Below, in pieces: positions 41,863 to 54,400 of a stretch of DNA of 64,000 nt; positions within the stretch are counted from its first letter, which is position 1, and every line of letters begins with the position of its first letter. Both the position numbers and the translations under genes were made by a program. The stretch spans positions 310,001 through 374,000 of the forward strand of contig JAQGDQ010000027.1 in NCBI GenBank assembly GCA_030141605.1, written 5' to 3'. The notes under the pieces are model-generated. The model was not told the DNA's origin and ran no database searches. It worked only from the letters and a program-made list of their open reading frames with translations. Source of the DNA: Tubiluchus corallicola. Lineage: Eukaryota; Animalia; Priapulida.

Positions 41863-44800
41863 ATGAATGGGACTAAAAAGACCACAGGAAGTGTACTCAA
41901 TGGGGAAATAAAAACACCTTGCACCTACAGGACATTACAGGAAGCCTTTGAGGAAAACGTTGATGATATTGCCGAAAAAGTTGGTATCATTTATGATGGC
42001 AAGAGAGTGAGTTTTGAAAACATAAACAAGAGTGCAAATAAAGTAGCTCGCCAACTTTTGTTCAGAATTGGTAAAGATAAATCACATGCATATGAAGCCA
42101 GTGATCCAGTAATTGCTGTAAATATGAAACCAAGTGAGAAACTCGTTATCGCTATATTAGCGATATTAAAGGCCGGTGGAGCTTATCTTCCAATACCCTC
42201 ATCACTTCCACCTAAACGTATAGCATATATACTAAATGATTCAAACCCCATCATTGCTGTTGTCGATAAAGAAGCAGAAAAGTTTCCATATGAAATACCC
42301 GTGCTTGTTTTTGATGATATCATTCATAATGAAGAATGTGGTGAAAATTTATCCCAAAACAATTCCACATTAGCGTGTGTACTCTACACATCTGGCAGTA
42401 CAGGAGTCCCAAAAGGTGTTCGCCTACCACATAAAGCTGTACTTAACCGGCTGAGTTGGCAGTGGCACGAATTACCATACGAACCTAATGAAGTTGGTGC
42501 ATTTAAAACTTCAATCACATTTGTTGATCACATTGCTGAAATATTTGGTCCTTTGTTAAAGGGCATACCACTTGTTATTGTACCAGAAGGAACAACTCGT
42601 AACCCAGGCAACTTTATAAACTTACTGGAAATGAGGAATGTAACAAGATTGGTCCTCGTTCCATCTCTTCTTCTCAACATGATCACTTTCCTCAAAATGT
42701 CATCTGCTCAAAGGAACAGGTTGCCAAAACTATCCAAGTGGATATGCAGTGGTGACGTTTTACATGCAAAACTGGCGAACGAATTCTTCGACTACTTTGC
42801 AGATAAAAGCACATTATATAATTTCTATGGGAGTACTGAAGTAATGGGTGATGTTTCTTATGATGTTTTTCATTCGAAACTAGAACTAGATAGCAAGATT
42901 AAACATGGTATGGTTCCAATAGGAAAACCAATTGACAATACAATCTTGTATGCTGTAGATGATCAACTGCAAATTGTGGATGAAGGGAAAGTAGGAGAAA
43001 TAGTTGTAGCAGGACTTAATGTTTCAAATGGTTATGTTGGTGAAAGCAGTGACGGCTCGAACAAATTCAAAGCAAATCTATTTACCATGGACACAGCCTT
43101 TTCTTCTGTATTTTTGACCGGAGATTATGGCTTTGTAGAGGACGGAACAATGTTTTTTAATGGACGACATGACAATCAAGTCAAATTAAGGGGCCACAAA
43201 ATTGACTTGCAGGAAATAGAAAATGCTGCACAAACTGTTCAAGGGATAGAATCTTGTGCAGCCATTTGTGTAACAGGAGAAACAAGTCAGAAACTGGTTG
43301 TATATTTCACCAATCGTCCTTGTTCAAGCTGCATGGAAGAAATTGTCCATTCAGCACTGCATGCAAAACTTCCTTCATACATGGTTCCTAAAGCTATAAA
43401 AATAGCCAAATTTCCTTTACTGCCAAATGGAAAGATAGACAGAGAGAAACTGAAAGAAATGTTCTTGAAACAGCAGCATGACTCGTCACTTGAACATGCA
43501 CATGATGACAACGAAAACGCTCCAGAAGTACAAATTTTGCTGAAAACTATCTCCATTGCGACAGGGATTCCAAAGAATCTCATTGACCTGCAAGCAAATT
43601 TTTTTGATATTGGTGGCGATTCAGCCACAGTTATCTCAACAGTAATGCGTCTACATGAAGAAGGCTACACTGTTGCTGTTGGCGATTTTCTCACAGCAAG
43701 AACAATAGCAGATATAGTAACGCTGATGCAGAACAATAAAATTACCTCATTAGAATGTAAATGGAGTGAGTGTACAGAAAAATACAAGATAATTTCACTC
43801 AGTGAACTCGAAGATCCCAATGAATTTATCAGAATCATTTCAGATGCTACTGCAAAAAAAGAACCCTTAACAAGTAATGCATTCACACCTACAGAAGATG
43901 TTTTTGCTCTAGTGGCCAGCGTCTGGAGCACTTTTGTCAGCGAGGGTCTCGCCTATGGCATCGTTGACCAAAACGGACGTCTTGTTGCTGGCTCCTTAAG
44001 TTTCGATTTTCACAACGAGCCAGTACTGGATGTTCCAGACAGTTTCAAAGTTGTCATGGATGTGTTAGAGAAGGTCGAGACGCCAGCAAGGATCAAGCTA
44101 AAGGGAAGAGGAGTATTTTACAATTTTCTCATTGCTACCGACTTGTCTCTTTCATATGAAGAAAACGTGCAGTTAACAATTCTGCTGGAGGGCACAAACG
44201 TACAACAAGCAAAAAAATATGGTTTCGATGTCGCAATTTGTGTTAACACACATGATATCACAAAGGTAAGACAAAAATCTTCAACATGGTATCATAATCA
44301 TAATCAATGTATCAGTAATTGTTAATGTGACTATGTTATTGATTCCCCGATTTCCTCCATTACCGATCATTGGTTTATTGTGTCTCTTCACTCAAATACA
44401 TCGATGTTTAGTATCAAAGATCTTGAGGACCAATAAAAATTAAAAAACTGGTCCCATTTTCTCACCACCAAGACAATTTTTTCTCCTATCCACATTAGAT
44501 GTTTCTATTTATGCTTTCTTGATGTTGACATCAGCACTGACTTTAGACTGAATAACAGCAGCAGCTTCTTGGAACATCCTCTTAATTTAACAGCTTATCC
44601 CTGGTTATTATCTTTCTGTAACCCATTTCCATTCCTGCCAGTAGCCTGTTTTCCTTCCCATCACCTCTTTCAATTTAAGAACAACAAAATGTTTTGAAAA
44701 CTTTTTCTGGAAGATACAGCCCCTCTGTGGTGAACATTGGAAATGCTCTGAAAATGCCCTCTGGTAATGAACACAGATTATCGAAGTAACTTTTAGTAAT

Positions 44801-45021
44801 TTAGTGGCTACTTTTAAGCAGTCAGTACATAATTGCATTTACAGAGACATTATCAATTTGTTTTGCAGATGATATGTTCCAAAATCTTTGGCTATGAGTT
44901 GATAGATGCCTACAAATACAAAGGACACAAATGGAATGGCAAGAAATACTATACTCATATGCCAAATGAAGCAGATATTCACGTGATGGTAAAATATCTT
45001 ACTAAAGAAAAATCCCATTGA
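41863..45021 (+). CDS. ebony: Ebony-like beta-alanyl-bioamine non-ribosomal peptide synthetase (A domain, T/PCP domain, C-terminal aaNAT-like domain), ~851 aa
   Basis: Exons 41863-44265 (AAG|gtaag) and 44869-45021. A-domain motifs: YTSGSTGVPKGV, TSITFVD, LVLVPSLL, WICSG, NFYGSTEVMGDV, TGD, PLLPNGKID. PCP motif FFDIGGDS (Ser at 43621-43623). C-terminal KKEPL ... VNTHDITK ... FGYE. An acceptor (ttcag) sits just before the ATG, so upstream exon(s) probably exist. Confidence 0.93.
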
Positions 45022-45429
45022 TTGGACAACTGTACAGCTAGCTTGAGCAATAGCAATTATCAGTCGGCCAAAATAGCATTTGTAAATTATACTGGACACA
45101 CACTGTGTTACGTACACCATACTACCCACGTGAATGTACCAGTTTTTATGGTGATGTTACAAATAAACTATGAAGAGGCAATTAAAACTAAACAGGCAAA
45201 TTTATTATACTGGAAAATCTGAATTAATCAACAGGGTCGCACTAGTTGAGTTTATGTCAATATTTACAAGTTAATTTTGATCACAAATAATGACCACCTG
45301 GGCGACAAATTAGTCAGTTTGTACTTGACTAAAAAATGGCACAAATTTGTATTGATATAGATTATAAACCAGGTACCGAGATTAATAGGGTATCAACTAG
45401 ACAAGATTTCATAATCACATGTATAAAGT

Positions 45430-48400
45430 TCATAGTTCATGGTAATCTGTTCGGTCCCTAGCTGCCTCGATGATTTCTTCTGATTTACTGTCGTCCACAT
45501 TTAGTGTTTGTTCCACTGTCTCTGTCGTGTCACTCAGAAACTCTTCTAATACTGCACTTTCAGCTTCTGTGCCCAAGGAAACATCTTCAAGTTTAGGAGA
45601 ATCCATCAGTGAAATTTGTGCAGCACTTCCTAGAAAAATTCATGCTTTTATAACCAGCCCAGCTTACTGCATTTTTTTGTATTATATTCATGATAAACTG
45701 CATGAAAAGCCACTAAACATATATTACAGCAAAGAGGCATGGTTTGTAAGCAAGCTAACACTCAACAAAGGTAAAACTACTTTATTTTTAATGAAAGCAT
45801 AGTTCATCAAAAACTTGATAGATGGAGTACCCTACTTTCTCAACAGAGAATGGAACTGACTGATGAACAACAAACAGTGAGAGTTCTACATAACATCAAA
45901 AGTCATATAGTTCTATGATTTGCCGAACTACAAAAACCCAATGCGGGATATAGTAACATCAGTGATGGTATATTAACCATCCCAGAAAAGTTAATTAAAC
46001 AGTGAAAATAAACAACTGAAAAAATCCAGACATCAGCTGTATCGAATGAATGAATCAGCCGCATGTTAAAGCTAATCTAGGCAGGTACATGGTGCCAACA
46101 TCAAACCTGGTAAGAAGTGCCGGATGCTGGATGCTCTCATGTTGTCGGTTAGTCAGCATCATTTCTACAAAAAACTTACTATTAATACGCCCCGATTGTC
46201 TGTATTCTTCAATTTCTTTTAAAAATTCGTCTTCAAACACCTTTTCTTTTTCTTTACGCAAAGTGACATTTTTTCGCTCATACTCCGTGACCTTTTTTGC
46301 ATGTTGCACTGCTAAGTTAGCTGAAACAGAATTAATTTACAAAATAATATACTGCTCTATAAATTTTCCAATCAATCCAGTTTTTCCCTCGGGTTTCTTT
46401 TCTGTGAAATTCTCTGCCAGGAAAATGCTACTTTTAATGTCAAACCTCACTCAATTCAAGAAGATCTACCAACAGTTACCTAGATGCATCACAACATTTT
46501 TACTTTTGTTTTTAAGTATAAGTAATCATTGGCCTGGCAATTTGTATAAACAAAATTCTGAATCCACAATAACAAGTTCTGAGATTTGCTTTTTTCACCT
46601 GTAACATAAATTTTCGCTAGATTTTAATTGTCTACACAGACTTCTAATTTGAACACGCTAAAAACTTTTGTCAAAATTAATAAATTTTATGTAACAGTTC
46701 CACGTATCATGATATATAATTTACAGCGTGAATGCCATTAGGTTTAAATCTTTCGAATTTGTGCAGAGAAAACAACAGTTGTCAGAAAAACTAAACATTA
46801 CTTGCCTCTCAATTTGTCCAAATCTGTTAACCTCTGCTGCCTGTAGGTGGTAACACTGTGTACAATTTCCTGAATGCTGTCCCTTCTATCCAACTCTGCT
46901 TGTAAATGCTCCAGCTCGCTCATTGCAGCTTCTACACTTTTAAAATTTTCTTCAAGACTAACTGAAAGAATAATCCATTACAGTAGGGGTGCTTACCTGT
47001 TTAATAAAGCAATAACAATAATAACAATAATAAGCAGTAGCAACAACAATAGCAATAGCAATAACTAACCTTTCACTAAATTTTATTGCTTATGTATCTA
47101 TTATTGTTATACTTGTCTTGTCTACCAATAGCATGATATCATCATAAATCTGGCTTCTCGTCTGTTTAATTGCGCAGTACATACTCCTTAGTCACACATT
47201 TGTTTTTTTTTAGCTAATTTCACATTTTTTAAACTTTCTCATACTCATCTCCACATAACATTTTGCAATGAATACATCTACATATCCTGTTTGTGACAGA
47301 GGTACCCATGCTGGCCAGCGGCACGTCCATTGTCATTGTTGTCATAGATGGTTACACTGGACATGCACATCTTTATCACTAGCAGGTTATCAAAACTTTG
47401 GTAACGACCACACTGACTTCTTTTGCACTAAATGCCTTCAAACGTTGTTTCCATTTAATAATATAGCTGACGAAGATGAATTTAGATTACTTGAAAGATT
47501 TTCCAATATTAGTCCTGTATTAGATAACAGCTTTCCAACACTCTAATCGTTTGATACTATTGAGGAAAACGAACATGATGGCAACAACAACATTGACCCA
47601 GATAAGCATTTCTTTAATCATTTGAGCTCTATGCCAAACAGTAAATATTACAACTGTAAGGTTCTTACACATAGCTAAACTAGATATTGCTGTAGTATAG
47701 TCTGTGGGAAGAGCTTCCTACCTATCACCCCTCCTTTCATAATATACTATAACCTATCCATGCATAACATGATCTTGGAAAGTGCATGACACAGATATCC
47801 AGGATAGTACAGTGTAACTGCTGAATCTGAAAGCAGCCAAAATGCTTTAACTTTTTTAACTTTACTTTACAAAAACGGTTAAAATCCTAAACTTGGTAAT
47901 AAGAGTCTCTGAAGCACTAAACTTGTGCACATCTGCTATTTGACTGATCTAACATAAAGAGACTATCAGTGGTGATACCAAACTACTTCAGTTTTGATGT
48001 TGTGGATGGAGCTTTATTCACACTGATGAGATCTTGGAACTCTCTTATTCTAAACTACATGGAGAGGCATGACTAGCCACCAGTGTCCAGACGTTGTGGA
48101 TTGTGGACGTATCCTGAGTCAACCACGAAGACTTGTGAGCCATTCCTTAGTTCATATTTGATTGGTGCTGCAGCCGGCGTCATCACCGTTGATTGTTATG
48201 GCCCTAGACTTGAAGTCGTTGATGTGTTGCTGTGACTGATTGGAGTGAGCTACGTCCGCGGACTCCTCTCCCATGTCCTTGTCCTCTCAGGGGAAGGGTT
48301 AACTGATAAGTAGACATTTTGTTTTCTTTTCACTTTGTCATTTTTGTTATTATTAACTGCCTTTACGCGAGACTGTTATTGATAATATAACCTGTTCTAA

Positions 48401-51400
48401 TTTATCTAAACAGAGTAAAAAGTGAATAAAAATAGTAAACATAATCATAATCTTTTTCTCCCTTTCATATGAGATTTTATTGTTGGAATGTTTGGAATCT
48501 ATGTACGTCATGGTCAACATGGAAAACCATAATACCTAAGTAAACCCCCGTAAAACGTAACATCAAGCCTTAGACCCGCTGGTTTTTCACGGGAGCCCTT
48601 CGACATTGCAACCTCTCTAAAGACATATTAATTATACCTGTGTGGTTGAATTTTTGGTTCATATGCCTTGTTGCCCTCTGGAAAATTGTAGGACAACAAC
48701 CGCCCACGCATGTTGCACAACCCTTTTATTGTGAATAAAAGATGACGCGACAGGTTAGTCAGATTTGTGGATGAGTTGGGAGGTAAAGAGTTGCACCCCC
48801 ACCATAAAAATCTACTAGCTCCCAACACAACGAAAATCAATTTAACTCTTTATACTGCAACACAAAATTTCGTAATCCATTCTCACTTTTACATTTTAAT
48901 GCACATGTAGCTGGAAAGCTAATTTCAACCAAATCAGTAATTACATTGAGCTTTTACAGGGAAACTTTTTCTGTGAGTGCCATTACTGAAACCTGGCTAA
49001 CAGATGAAATTTGCACCATACTTACTATGTCCGGAAATAAACGTGAATGTAAAAACAGACAATCTAAGAAGGGAGGTGGTGTGGCATTATTTATTCGAGA
49101 CGATTTACCTTATACTATTATGGAAAATTTGATCTGATGCATGAAATGGAAACGTTATTCATTGAAATTCATGCTTATCGAAGCAAAAACATAAATGACG
49201 GTGTAACTTATCGACTTCTTGGTATCAATCCAACTAATTTCATCGATAAATTCTCTATCTTTTTGCACAATCTGAATCGGCATCGTAAACATACATTTCT
49301 TCTTGGTGACTACAATCTCAACCTATTGAACTACTCTATCCGTAATAACACAAAACTAGTTCTAGATAGTATACTTGCGATTTTTTCTTTTCCTCTCATT
49401 ACCCATCCAACTAGAATTACTGTCCTATAGGCTACACTCATTGACAATATATTTACCAATAAAGTAGTCACCACTTAATAGACTCACTTTGGGACCGACG
49501 TGTTTTGACCCAATTAACCGATTGAACCTACTAACCGATAGGTGTAGTATTACTGCTAAAGAAGTAGAGTCATCAGCTTACTATGCACTGCAAGGCTTTT
49601 AATCAATTATAGAAACGAAGTAATGCCCAAATTCCTTTGTGCAGTTAAAAATTAGAAAAAATATTGTAAGATATCAATTTATATAAGTGAATTAACAATA
49701 AGCTGAAAAGTATACTTTTCTACATCACACAAGTCTGTTAGATCTTTACGCTTATGCTCCATTTTTCGAACTTCGTAACTCTACGCTCTTATTTGCTGTA
49801 CGATGTTTACTCTTGTAAGCCACAAGAATACTGGCTGATTACTGTACCTGCATCTTTGACTATTAACTCATTAAGCCTGAAAGAGTGGTTTGCAACTACA
49901 GCATCAAAAGGAAAATGCTAGGCAAGTGATTAAATGTTTAGCTTCCAGAAACTCTTTGGGTAACGAGGTTAATTGCAGTGGGTGAGCGGGTAACAGATTC
50001 AAAGCAAAACCGCTAAACTAGCGCATTAGCACATGATAAACATACCTGCTTATAAACAAAATGGTACTTAACATGATTGTTTCTCATATATAAAGCACAG
50101 AAGGGAAGTAAAGATGACATAAAAGTAGGAAAGGCTGTTTGGGCACATACAAATGTCTTATTTTAAGTAAGTGAAGGAAAAATATTGAGGCAATTAAGCG
50201 AAGTTATTTGAGTCAATTACCGATAGTTCTTATGTATATTTGAATAGAAGTGGCCCGTTCCAGGCGTTTTTGAGTCAGTTAAGAGATTGAGTCTATTAAC
50301 CGTGAGTCTATTAAGCGACTACTACTGTATAATCGATCATCAGCTCATTTCAGGGTGCTTATTGTCAGATATTTCCGACCACCTTCCCATCTTTACAATA
50401 TGTGATTTAAGCTTGTCAACATCCAACCAAAAACTGAGTAATAAATTTCCGTATAATAATAACATTAAAACAAATATATAAAATGAGCTTAGTGGCAATG
50501 TTGGAATGACATCTTGGCCTGTGAGAATGTCAATCAAGCTACTGAAACGTTCTTTGATTAATTCATCGATATTTGCTCTAAGCATATTAAAGAACGCACA
50601 ACAAATAATAAATAATTAAAAAATAAAAAACCTTGGATAAGTCCATTAAACATAAAAACAATTATACAAACAAAACCTTAAAACACTCTTCTGACAATAA
50701 TGTTAAACAAAAATACAAACAATATCGTAACAGGATAACTACATCCAGATTGACATATTGCAAAAAGAAACTTGAAATATATGAGCATAATATAAAAAAA
50801 CATGGGACGTCATGAAGGAACTACTAAATAAACAAACGTAATTCTGCAAGAAGGATTAAGAATAAAAATAAATTTATTACAAACAACTATGCTGCTGGAA
50901 ATATGTTCAATACTCACTTCGTCAAGATTGGTCCTAAATTAGCCGAAAATATTAGCCCGTCAACATTTCATTTACCAATTTCTTAAAGGGTAATTATAGT
51001 CATTCCTTCTTTTTTTATCCAACTATACCTGATGACATAATCAAGATCAGCAAATCACTTAGTCCAAAGACCACTCTTGGTGTCTTTAATATTTCCCCGA
51101 AAATTGTATCTGACATAATTGAGCCAATTTCTGTGCATTTAAATCATTTGATCAACCTCTCTCTCTTAGTAAAGGCATTTTTCCTGATCAAATGAAGCAT
51201 GCTGTAATAACTCCCATTTTCAAATCTGGTGACACTACAAATATATAAACAATTACAAATCCATTTCTTTGCTTCCTGTTTTCTCAAAAATTCTAGAAAG
51301 ATATACATACAATCAACTGAACAACTATTTAATTATAAACGAAATTTTAAACCCTAACCAATTTGGCTTTTGCAAAAATTCTTCTACTGACCTGGCACTC

Positions 51401-54400
51401 TTAACAGTCTGAAAAAAATTAATGAACACCGTTGAAAATAATTCTGTTACAGCTGGAATCTTCTAAGACCTCTCTAAAGCATCTGATACGGTCAACCATA
51501 CAATATTAGTCAATAAATTATCTCAGTACGGCTTTAGGGGGCATAAGACTGACTCTAAAGTTACCTAAGTAATCGTCCACAATGTGTCAAGTGCAACAAC
51601 ATCTTTTCTGACCAGGCAATAGCAATTTGTGGAGTACCACAAGGGTCAATCCTAGGACCCCTCTTATTTGTAATTTATATCAACGACATACAAAACATCC
51701 AACACAATAAGAAAATAACACAATTTGCAGACGGCATGACAATCTTCTTAGACTTTGATAATTTTTCTGAAAATAATATGACTACAATTTTGGGTGACCT
51801 ATCTAAATGGTTCAAAGCTATTGAACTTTCTCTTAATGCAAATAAAACTAAATGTGTCATGTTTTGCTCTAGAAACAAACCACTTCCCCCAAATTCTGAT
51901 CTTCTAATAATCGATGGTTCCCCTATTGAACAAATTAAACAAATAAAATTTGTAGGCATCATGTTACACGAAAATCTAGACTGGAACCCTCACATTAATA
52001 TGATTAGCCTCAGAATGGCCAAAAATGTTGGAATCATTTCTTATATCAAAAATAGTCTTTCTCAAAAGCATTTAAGAACCTTATATAATTGTTTAGTCAT
52101 ACCATATTTAAACTATGCCTGTATTTTATGGGGTCCAACCTATCCATCAAACCTAGATTCTCTCCATGCTCTTCAACATAAGTTTATTTGCATTTTTCAT
52201 GCCTCTTTTGAATTGGCACCTCAAAGATTTCAAACAAATCACCATTGACGACTTAATGCACTATAAATCTCTGTCACCTTTTTTCGTTAATCCTGTTAAT
52301 CTTAATCAGAAACATTACAATATAAGATTTAATGAGTATCAAGTTGGCCGGTATAGGATAATGTTGCGAAACATTTCATCTCATTTATTGATCCTATCAT
52401 GTGGAACCTGCAAAAATACCTGCAAATATTAAGTCAATTTTGTCGTTACCAAGATTCAAAAAAAGTTTGAAAAATTTATTCAATAATTCATATTAAATAT
52501 TAAGCTTGTGTAGTATATGACGCATGTTCAAATTCACGGTATGTGCCAGACTGGTCCATAGTATACTTCTGTTCATAAATGTGTATATATTTTAGCGATG
52601 TCCTAATAGCAATCTCATATTCATTCTCATTCACATCATTTCACTAACTTAATCCTCATTCCATCATTTTACCTTCCCTTTTTTGCACCTTAACACCAGC
52701 ACCCATTAATTGCATTATAGTCGCACAAGTAATGCTTGTGACTGTAATGCAAGCAACAATTTATATAGTTGAATAAAAAGCAGAATAAAAAAACTAATCA
52801 CTTGCGCTAAATTAATAGAACTCTCTAGACTCTGAAAAGAACCTGTTTTGCTCAAAGCTGGCACTAGGAAATATGCATTAGTACCACATCACACATGGTA
52901 TTGAAACTGCTCATTAACGATCAAAAACAAATGAAGTGTGAACATTCCACAAAGTATCTTGGTTATGGAGAAAATAATGGATGCAACAACTTGGGGCCAT
53001 TATGTAATTTTTCACGTAAAAACATGAAATTGGAATGCCAAATTGAATTATCCCAATTAGATTCACTGGACATGTAAGTGGATATCCTAGTAAACCATTT
53101 TTTCTCTGTCCATAATGTGCTTGTTTTTCATCTGCAAAGTTTACTTTTTTCAAAGAACGTTTGTTCCATTTGCGTGAAACCCTGTCGAAAAGCAAATCCT
53201 ATGCAAAAACTCTGGATCTTTATGAAAAGCAAACCAGGCCTGTAAATCTCTATGTAATACTGTAATAATGATATATAGCAAGCTCCTTAACGCAATTCCA
53301 TCCATTAATAATCTAAGTTATGACAGACACACGAAATACTTGAAAATGGCAGCTGTTTGCTTGGCATTTTATTTTTTCAATAGACTTACTGAAAAATAAA
53401 GCATCATTACGATGTTACAAAAGGAAATTGTATATCCACAAACTGGTAAAATCCAGATATATGCTAGCAGAATCATCATGAATTATACCCTATGTTAAAG
53501 TCGGAAATTTTGTAGCACACTGACTCGAGCAGTAAATTGTAGTATAGTGTACCAAATACCTCTCAATTTAATTAGAAAAAACACAAAACGCGGTGTTATA
53601 ATTCAGGTCAGAATGTCAAATATAAATGTTGAAGTAATCCAGTACAGTTATTTGGTGACGTAGAAGTAAACTTTTTGTGTGCAAGCAGGTACACGTACTT
53701 CTAACTGATACTTCTGAGTAAGAAAGTTATTTATTCATTGCCTGAATGCCAGTATAAAAATCACACACAGTTGTCAGAGAAGATTAACAAAAAAATTACC
53801 GAGTAATGTGTCAATAGCGTCTATCTGCAGTGCTAACTCGGGTATGCCCATGAGAAGTGCATTCATCTCAGTGACAGTTCGAGCTTCAGAGGAGTACTTC
53901 TCAGATAAGATCTGTGTTTGTTTATCCACTTCCTACAGCAAAAATGTACTGTGCGAATAATGATATTGTCACAGTAAATTTCCATTGAAAGCAAGCAATT
54001 TAATTAGAAAAAAACATAAAGAGCAGTGTTGTTCAGCTATTGTTCAGCTCTTCTTCTTATTTCTGCAACTTCTTCTTTTTCTCCATTGTTCTTCTTCTAC
54101 ACTTATTTTCATCCTCTGGATTTCTATTATTGGTAATTTAAATTGTTGTTTTTGTTGTAATTTTCGGTTACCAGTTGAGCTACAATTGCACATAAATAAT
54201 AATTATTATTATTTTGTCATTATATAGAAGTGAACACAATGTTGTCTATTATTGTTGGCATTATATGCAAGTAAACGCAATGATGTTGTGCAGGCATACT
54301 ATTTCACAGAATTGTCAGAAAAATATATAACCATTCAATTATCAAGATTTGGTCCGTAATAAAAGAACAAAAACGATTGGTTTGTTAGAACTGATGTTAC

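Larger units (their letters stand above)
47100..52795 (+). mobile_element. Decayed CR1/L2-group LINE (PHD finger, APE endonuclease, reverse transcriptase) in DTNBP1 intron
   Basis: PHD-like CHCCHRWLHWTC..FFCTKC at 47268; APE motifs AITETWL, KKGGGVALFI, LLGDYNLN, TLIDNIFTN, SDHLPIF; RT motifs GVPQGSILGPLLF.IYIND and FADG (from FADD); many stops and frameshifts; A-rich tail near 52770-52795. Boundaries approximate. Confidence 0.9.

Noticed and set aside
44266-44325. C-terminus VRQKSSTWYH... of the 820-aa ORF
   Set aside because: Read-through into an intron; the strong donor AAG|gtaaga at 44265 joins to the exon at 44869, which completes the ebony C-terminal domain.
41863-45021. Bacterial contamination or recent horizontal transfer of an NRPS
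   Set aside because: It has a spliceosomal intron, poly(A) signals, host-like base composition and ebony-specific motifs, and ebony is a native animal gene family.
45470-46604. Plus-strand ORFs of 110 aa and 184 aa
   Set aside because: Antisense shadows of dysbindin exons with no independent coding signal.
48020-48050. Hammerhead/retrozyme in the solo LTR (ctgatgag)
   Set aside because: CUGAUGA is present but no GAAA follows a closed stem II.
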